From NCBI GenBank assembly GCA_029941235.1, contig JAPYQM010000009.1, positions 23,910 through 58,396 of the forward strand: DNA of 34,487 nucleotides. Direction: 5' to 3'. Shown in pieces: positions 28,181 to 34,487 of the stretch; the first letter of the stretch is position 1, and every line of letters starts with the position of its first letter. Under the pieces are notes generated by a model. The model ran no database searches. It was not told the DNA's origin and was given only the letters and a program-made list of their open reading frames with translations. Position numbers and translations under genes: made by a program. The DNA comes from Myxococcota bacterium (GTDB lineage: Bacteria; Myxococcota_A; UBA9160; UBA4427).

Positions 28181-28852
28181 TCATCGGGCCTTGCTGCGTA
28201 GCCCCCCAAGCGAGAGAAGCCCCAACCCGACCAGCAGTGCGGTGGACGGTTCCGGGACCAATACCCAACCCGCGGTGACGGGATCGAAGGGCGTGTAGCC
28301 ACCGTCCGCCCAAGCGCCCGTGAAGTTCGTATTCAGGTCGTATTTGACATTGGAACCCAAGGATATCATCGACTCGGTCGAAGAAAAATCAGTTCCTCGG
28401 ACGTCGATGATGCCGGTTGAGGAAAAGTTCGCGCCAAGTAAATTCGCGCCCGCGAAGTTTGCATCCGAGATCTTCGCGTTGTCAATCTGTGCGCCAACCA
28501 GTATGGCCTCTCCAAAATCAGAAGATCTCAGATTTGCGCCACTAAAGCCTGCGCCAAGCAAATTCGAGTCTCGGAAGCTCGCGCGGATCAAGTGGGAATT
28601 GTCGAAAATGGCGCCCCTCAGGTCGGCGCCGGATAGGTCTGCATCGACCAGTTCGGCTTCGGACAGATCTCTGCCCACGGCGTAGACGCCGCTATAGAGG
28701 TCGCCCTGATAGGTATGAACGAGGCCGCCAACTGTTCGGACCGGGTTCACCTGGGTTCCATTGGTCAGTTTATAGGACAGAGCTTGTGCAGTTCCGCTCG
28801 TTAAAGTGACCAAGACGATCAACATCCAAAACGTTTGAATCCAATATCGCAT
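28181..28852 (-). CDS. Exported pentapeptide-repeat protein with PEP-CTERM sorting signal
   Basis: Signal peptide (..GTAQA), A(D/N)LxG-type pentapeptide repeats, C-terminal VPEPSTALLVGLGLLSLGGLRSKAR. Confidence 0.9.
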   Translation of the reverse strand: MRYWIQTFWMLIVLVTLTSGTAQALSYKLTNGTQVNPVRTVGGLVHTYQGDLYSGVYAVGRDLSEAELVDADLSGADLRGAIFDNSHLIRASFRDSNLLGAGFSGANLRSSDFGEAILVGAQIDNAKISDANFAGANLLGANFSSTGIIDVRGTDFSSTESMISLGSNVKYDLNTNFTGAWADGGYTPFDPVTAGWVLVPEPSTALLVGLGLLSLGGLRSKAR

Positions 28853-29046
28853 GACTCTCCCTTCCCATTGAGGAGTTCCGACTAGGTAAGGGCCATTTGG
28901 GAAGGGAAGGTGACGGAAAATCTTTTTAAGTTGTTGTTTCTTTTCGTCTTTTTAGCGTCATGGGAATTTTTCCAGGGGGATTGGATGAATTCCCACTCCA
29001 TTGAAATTCTATTCCGTCTGGACTGTACGAGTTGTCTTCGAAATGG

Positions 29047-29088
29047 AACGGGCTCGGAAAGCCACCGCTTTCCGAGCCCGTTATTTTT
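29047..29088. terminator. Strong hairpin, probable intrinsic terminator (orientation ambiguous)
   Basis: AACGGGCTCGGAAAGC-cacc-GCTTTCCGAGCCCGTT (16-bp stem), followed by ATTTTT on + and CCATTT on -; about 110 nt downstream of the sigma gene stop. Confidence 0.75.
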
Positions 29089-29194
29089 CTGCTTCTGGCT
29101 TTCGGTTCTGGTTTGATGAAGGAATTCCCTCGACCCGTTTTGCCGAGAAGGCTGTTTCAGCTAAGCGGCGCCCCGGGTGGCGCTGGCTGGGGCT

Positions 29195-30598
29195 TCAGGG
29201 CTCGAGGATCGGGTGCAGGCGCTGGGCCGGCTGGGTTTCCCGAAGTTTCTTGAGGGCCCGAGCCTCGAGTTGGCGAACGCGCTCCCTGGAAAGTCCCAAG
29301 GATTGCCCGATCTGCTCCAAAGTATGTTCCTCTTCTCCAGCGAGCCCGTAGCGAAGGCGCAGAATCAGTTGCTCGCGAGGAGTCAGCGCTCCAATGAGCG
29401 TGCCTACACCTGTTCGCATACGGTCGTCATCGATGCCGCCATCGGGGAGCGATGCCCCCTGATCGGGTACGAAGTCCTCAAGCCGCTTTTCGGTCCCGGC
29501 CACGTTCGACTCAAGGGAAATGGCTTCCCGCGAGAGTCGGTCCAAGGCCTCAAGCGAATCTGTGTCGGACCCAAGGGCCGGCGCCAATTCTGCGGGTGTC
29601 GGATCCCGCCCGAGTTTTCCTGTCAGTTCCGCACGAACACGCTGGCTGCGCTGGAGTCGATCGTGAACATGAGAAGGCAGGCGAATCGTTCGGGAATGAT
29701 TTTGGATAGCTCGAACGAGTGCCTGACGGATCCACCAGACAGCGTACGTGGAGAACTTGAAGCCTCGGCGATGATCGAACTTCTCCACCGCCCGGATCAG
29801 CCCCAAGTTGCCTTCTTGGATCAGATCGGGGAAGGACAGGCCCAGGTTCCGGTAGTCCTTCGCGATAGCGACAACCAACTTCAAGTTGTGCTCGATGAAG
29901 CGGTTTTTCACCGTGGTCATTTGGTCGTGAGCGTCCTCGACGGCGTTGGACAGGTCAAGCATGCGTTTTCGGGGAACCCCAACCTCTCGCTCAAGTTCGG
30001 CAAGTCGCTTGGTTCGCTTGCGGGTGCGCCGCATTTCCCTGGACTGGACGAGCACGGCATCTCGCAACTCGACAAGAATGGCCAGGGAGAGCTGCGCGCT
30101 GTGCATCTCCTTTGAAATCTTTGCGTCGAGCTTCTCAAGTGCAGGGGTGTAGCTGTCTCCCGACTTTTCGAATTTCTTCGCCCGGTCTTCGAGCAGCGTC
30201 CGAAGCCGCTTGACCGCACCCTCGACGCGTGCGGCGATCTCGCCGGTCTCTTCGTCCCCCGACGATTCGGAAAGCTTGGCTCCTGTATGCGAGAGTGCCC
30301 TCAGGGCATCCCAGCGTTCCACTACGTGGCGTGACGAGCACGGAATAGCGTAAAGCGATTCGCGTAGATCGGCTGTTGCCGCCTCGAGGTCCTTGGCGAG
30401 GTAAACCTCTTCTTCGCGCTTCAGAGTGCGCGTCCCGCCAATTTCCTGAAAATAAGATTCAAGAGGGCGTCGCTCTCGACCGGGGTCGAGTTCGTCCGCC
30501 GCAACGACAGGTGTCGCGCCCATGACTGCCGCAGTCGGTGTGGCTTCCGCAGGAGTAGATTTGGTCTGGTTCTCAGCCGTCACTTTCTTACCTTTCAA
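29195..30598 (-). CDS. RNA polymerase sigma-70 factor, RpoD-like but lacking region 1.1 (group 2-type)
   Basis: Region 1.2 [15 protein letters not shown], region 2 [43 protein letters not shown], region 4 [16 protein letters not shown]. The start codon is uncertain. Confidence 0.92.
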   Translation of the reverse strand: MKGKKVTAENQTKSTPAEATPTAAVMGATPVVAADELDPGRERRPLESYFQEIGGTRTLKREEEVYLAKDLEAATADLRESLYAIPCSSRHVVERWDALRALSHTGAKLSESSGDEETGEIAARVEGAVKRLRTLLEDRAKKFEKSGDSYTPALEKLDAKISKEMHSAQLSLAILVELRDAVLVQSREMRRTRKRTKRLAELEREVGVPRKRMLDLSNAVEDAHDQMTTVKNRFIEHNLKLVVAIAKDYRNLGLSFPDLIQEGNLGLIRAVEKFDHRRGFKFSTYAVWWIRQALVRAIQNHSRTIRLPSHVHDRLQRSQRVRAELTGKLGRDPTPAELAPALGSDTDSLEALDRLSREAISLESNVAGTEKRLEDFVPDQGASLPDGGIDDDRMRTGVGTLIGALTPREQLILRLRYGLAGEEEHTLEQIGQSLGLSRERVRQLEARALKKLRETQPAQRLHPILEP

Positions 30599-31443
30599 TA
30601 CGCTGGTGCAATTCCAATCCGATCGGATACCGCCCAGGGTGGAATGGTTTCAAGCAATCCCTTGCATTCACGTGTTCCTTCGAGGCTATTCGACTTCCCA
30701 TAAATCCAGCCCGATCAACAGGACGTTCCAGAATCACCCTGTCCCAGCGAACACTCATCCGGGATGAGCCGCTCTCCGTCGGTCCAGCGGCAAACTCAAT
30801 TGGATCGATTCCAAGTCGATTTGCGTCGTGCCCTTGCCGCATGGTTGCCTAACCAATTGGCTCTCCACCGTGGCCACCCCTTCATTTCGGGATGGTTTGA
30901 TCGGCCGTGCTCATTTTCTGCTGTCGCTTTGCCCGCTTCTGCTTCATCGCCCGATTTTCGTCGCTCGCTGTCTGCTCAACGCTGCTTTTCTCGGCGCTCC
31001 GTAGAGACCCAGACAGGCCGACCGTGTACAACCGCACCCCTACGGGGAGTCAGGTTTTAGCGCAATTGGTGGGGGGTCGCTTGATAGTTAAGATATTGAT
31101 CTTTCCGGAGCCTCTTGGCCAGTTATTTCTGCTTCAAGAGCGATTTTTGAGCTCAATGGGGACAGATGCGGGGCTTTCTTCGAGCCATTGAGTTGTTTCG
31201 GGCCTGATTGGCGCTCCTCCTCATTTTTTTGACCTTTGGCTTCGTCCCGTGGGAATCCGCTTCCGGACCTTCGGGGAAGAGCACATCCTAGACCCGCCCA
31301 CGGGCGGGCGTTGCAATGACCTCTATACATGTCGGTTCGCTACACCAAGATCTCAATCGATATGTGTTGAAAAGGCAACACTTCTCATGGCTTCGCGAAT
31401 CCGGAGGTGTCTTGTCGGGGTTGGCCTCTTCCCGGCGGGACCG

Positions 31444-33219
31444 CTAGAAGCTCCAGATTCGGGGGATGGTGTAGAGGGCGACGCCCGCGCAGATGAGGTT
31501 GAGGGGTAGCCCCACCCGGACGAAATCTTTGAATCGGTAGTTGCCGGCGCCGTAGACGATCAGATGAGTCTGATAGGCGAAGGGCGAGGCAAAGCAGCAG
31601 GTCGAGCCGATCGCGATGGCGATCACGAAGGGTCGGGGGTCGGCGCCCACCTGGCCCGCGAGCGCCACCGCGATGGGAAACATGATCGCGACCGCCGCCG
31701 TGTGGTGGAGAAGTTCAGCCATCAGCATGCACAGGCAATAGATGATGATGAGCGCCCCCAGGGGCCCAAGCCCGTGCGCGACCCCAAGAACTGACTGGGC
31801 AATCCATTCCGCGGCGCCGGTTTTCGCCATCGCTTGGGCGATCCCCAGGCCTGCGGCGATGACGACGAGGATCGACCAGGGAACACTCTCTCTAGCTTTT
31901 TTGGGGCTGACGCAGCGCGTGGCCAGCATGATCCCAACGGCGACGAAGCCCGCGAGGGTGATAGGGAGAATCCCGGTGCTCACAGCGAGCACCATGGCGA
32001 CCACTACCGTCAGAGCCACTCCCGCCCGGTTGAATCGTGGTTTTTCGCTTCCAGAAAGTTCGCTCGCCAAATAGAAATCCGGGCTATTGCGATTGTGTTG
32101 CATGAAATCCGGCGACGATTGCATGAGGAGGGTGTCGCCGGGTTGCAGGACGATTTCACCGATTTTGCCCGGGACTCTTTCAGCGTTGCGATGCACCGCG
32201 ATCACCGCGGCGTCGTACGCCGATCGGAAGTTGGACTCCCGAATGCTGCGGCCGATCAGCGGCGAAGAGGAGGAAACCACCGCTTCTACGAGTCCGTGGG
32301 TGCGTGTGGGCGCATCCTGCTCCTCCAACTCTTCTTCCGAGAGCGGCACCAGGCCACGGATTTTCTGGAGGTCAACGATGGTGGCTACGACTCCGGCAAA
32401 GACCAGGCGATCTTCGGCTTCGATGACGACTTCCGGCCGAACCGGGGTGATGACGCGCCGATTGCGTTCTATTTCCACCAGAAAGAGTCCGGGTAGATGA
32501 CGAAGCCCCGCTTCCTCCACCGAGGACCCCACCAGCGCACAGCCGGTCTTGGCCACCATGGTGGTGACATATTCCCGTCGCCGTTCCCCAAGCGTGTCCG
32601 TAGGAAGGGGGCGGTTGGGAAGCAGGTGCGGCGCGATGAAAATCAAGTAGACGCTGCCCACGGCGACGATGGGAAGCCCAACGGGGAAAAGCTCAAAGAA
32701 GCCCAGAGGCACCATGCCGCTATCGCGCACCAGGCCGTCGACGACCAGATTCGTGCTGGTACCGATGAGGGTCAGGGTGCTGCCCAAAATCGACGCATAG
32801 GAGAGGGGAATCAGGAAATGGCTGGCCGAGAGGCGGCTGCGTCGCGCCCAGTCGATCACCGAAGGCGTCATCATGGCGACGATGGGCGAGTTGTTGAGAA
32901 AACCCGAGAGCGCCGCCACCGGTAGGACAATTCGGCCGATTCCCTGCCGGACGCTCCGCGCCGAGGCCAGCAGTCGCCCGACCGTGAGGTCCAGCGCGCC
33001 GGTCTCCCGGACCGCCGCCGAGAGCATGAAGAGCACCCCCACCATGGCAACCGCCGGGTTCGAGAAGCCCGAGAAGGTTTCCCGAGGTGTCAGGATTCCG
33101 GTGATCCCCAGGCTGATGAGGGCGGCCATCAGGACCAAATCCGGGGACGCGACCTCCCAGACCAGTAGGCCCAGGGCGATCACCACGACGGCGAGGGTAA
33201 ACCCGATCTGCCAATCCAT
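31444..33219 (-). CDS. SLC13/CitT-type permease with TrkA-C domains
   Basis: SGFSN, SGFLNNSPIV, LTLIGTSTNL, two soluble RCK-C-like repeats, SPFAYQTHLIVYGAGNYRFKDF. Confidence 0.9.
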   Translation of the reverse strand: MDWQIGFTLAVVVIALGLLVWEVASPDLVLMAALISLGITGILTPRETFSGFSNPAVAMVGVLFMLSAAVRETGALDLTVGRLLASARSVRQGIGRIVLPVAALSGFLNNSPIVAMMTPSVIDWARRSRLSASHFLIPLSYASILGSTLTLIGTSTNLVVDGLVRDSGMVPLGFFELFPVGLPIVAVGSVYLIFIAPHLLPNRPLPTDTLGERRREYVTTMVAKTGCALVGSSVEEAGLRHLPGLFLVEIERNRRVITPVRPEVVIEAEDRLVFAGVVATIVDLQKIRGLVPLSEEELEEQDAPTRTHGLVEAVVSSSSPLIGRSIRESNFRSAYDAAVIAVHRNAERVPGKIGEIVLQPGDTLLMQSSPDFMQHNRNSPDFYLASELSGSEKPRFNRAGVALTVVVAMVLAVSTGILPITLAGFVAVGIMLATRCVSPKKARESVPWSILVVIAAGLGIAQAMAKTGAAEWIAQSVLGVAHGLGPLGALIIIYCLCMLMAELLHHTAAVAIMFPIAVALAGQVGADPRPFVIAIAIGSTCCFASPFAYQTHLIVYGAGNYRFKDFVRVGLPLNLICAGVALYTIPRIWSF

Positions 33220-33308
33220 CTGGGGCGCACGATACCCGCTTGTACGCGTTCGCGGCAAGGGTGGAGGTCAGCCCGGGCATTGGGGTGGGGATGCGCCACA
33301 CTGGGCCC

Positions 33309-34409
33309 ATGGTCGAAAAGGGTTGGACATTCAGCGAGCGGGAGTTCTATCTGTCCGAGTTTCGGGGCCGGACCCTGGGAATCGCGTTGGCAGAGTTCCC
33401 ATCGGGTTCGTTCGATGGACTGGATTCGGTGATCGCCGAACTTGCGAAGAACGGCACGCGCTGCGTCGTCGTGTCGCCGATTCGTGAACTCTTGGAGGCT
33501 GTGGTCTCCACGGTGATTGTGCCCGAGAGAGAAACCGGCTGGGTCGGAGGGCTCTGGCGAAATCTTCGCGACGAGATGTCAGTGGGTTTGTGGGTGGTCC
33601 CCGAGACCTCTGAAAGCGGTGGCGCACCCAAAACGTTTGCGGCGAGCTGCGGGGCGATTGTCTCGGAGTTGAGGCTGGCTAAGTTGGTCTGGATCGATGG
33701 CCGCGGTTCACTGAGGGATGCCTCGGGTCAGCGGATTTCACTTCTGGACCACTCCGACTTGTCGGGTTCTGGGGAGACATCCAGGGCGATGGCGCTGGAC
33801 TCCCCGGCCGACAAAGAACTGGTGGGGGAAATTCGGGACCTGTTGGAGGGCGGAATCGCGTCGGTGAATATCTGCTCGCTGGCGGGCCTGGCCGACGAGC
33901 TCTTCACGTATGCCGGCTCGGGAACGCTGCTGACTCGGAATCGCTATTTGGAGGTTCGCCGGCTGGGCGTCGATGACTTCGATGCCGCGACGGATCTGAT
34001 CGCCCGGGGTGTCGAAGAGGGGTTCCTGACGCCTCGAAGCGAGGCCCAGATCGAACGGACGCTGGGAAACGCGTTTGGCGTCTTCGTCGAGGGGCGATTT
34101 CTGGCCGGCGTCGGCGCGCTGATGGACTATGCCGCCAATGGCGCGGCCGAGATCGTCAGTCTCTATACCGTGACCCGCTTCGCCGGCGAAGGCGTCGGGG
34201 GGCATCTGGTTGGCTTCGCGGTGGAACGCGCGCAGGCGGCGGGATACGCCCAAATCTTTGCCTGCACGACATCCTCTCGCGTCGAGAAATTTTTTGTCCG
34301 CGAAGGTTTCGCCCTCGTCGGGGGGGACAGCATCCCCGACGAAAAGTGGATGAACTATCCCCCCGACCGCCGCGAGCGGGTTCGCTGTCTCTCTCGGGCA
34401 CTCGACTAG
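33309..34409 (+). CDS. Amino-acid N-acetyltransferase (ArgA-like): divergent AAK-like domain plus GNAT domain
   Basis: YL..FRGRT..I N-terminus, linker ELFTYAGSGTL (ArgA ELFTxxGxGT), GEGVGG acetyl-CoA motif, IFACTT..FF...GF. Confidence 0.75.
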   Translation: MVEKGWTFSEREFYLSEFRGRTLGIALAEFPSGSFDGLDSVIAELAKNGTRCVVVSPIRELLEAVVSTVIVPERETGWVGGLWRNLRDEMSVGLWVVPETSESGGAPKTFAASCGAIVSELRLAKLVWIDGRGSLRDASGQRISLLDHSDLSGSGETSRAMALDSPADKELVGEIRDLLEGGIASVNICSLAGLADELFTYAGSGTLLTRNRYLEVRRLGVDDFDAATDLIARGVEEGFLTPRSEAQIERTLGNAFGVFVEGRFLAGVGALMDYAANGAAEIVSLYTVTRFAGEGVGGHLVGFAVERAQAAGYAQIFACTTSSRVEKFFVREGFALVGGDSIPDEKWMNYPPDRRERVRCLSRALD

Positions 34410-34487
34410 CTGGGTCGAGCATTTTCTAGGATTGCCGGTCGGAGCATCCGGGGCGTGGCCGAAGCTTCTTCCCTTGGATGGCGACTC

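Noticed and set aside
31299-31316. Possible sigma-54 promoter (GGGCGGGCGTTGCA)
   Set aside because: The GG-to-GC spacing is 9 nt rather than 10, and it points away from the sigma gene.

Overview
High-GC bacterial chromosomal segment, mostly housekeeping and metabolic genes: an SDR and a VOC enzyme, pyk, leuCD, tRNA-Pro(UGG), an Asp/Asn beta-hydroxylase-family enzyme, tkt, metF-purN, a PfkB kinase / CaCA antiporter / LhgO-like operon, a ferredoxin-PP2C pair, typA, thrH, uppP, a P450, a pentapeptide-repeat PEP-CTERM protein, a sigma-70 factor, an SLC13 permease and an ArgA-like protein. Gene content and the PEP-CTERM protein fit a Gram-negative, possibly Myxococcota/deltaproteobacteria-like host (inference only). 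The most notable part is a DNA-damage mutagenesis locus at 8794-16320. The imuA-imuB-dnaE2 cassette is split by an oppositely oriented receiver-domain gene and dinB. Both halves carry the same 20-bp direct-repeat element (AAGGCGAAYAAAARGCGAAA, 18/20 identical) exactly 8 nt upstream of their ATGs. The element fills the 17-bp spacer of apparent leaderless promoters and is a candidate SOS-type operator that matches none of the LexA boxes I know exactly. I saw no transposase, integrase, rRNA or CRISPR array.
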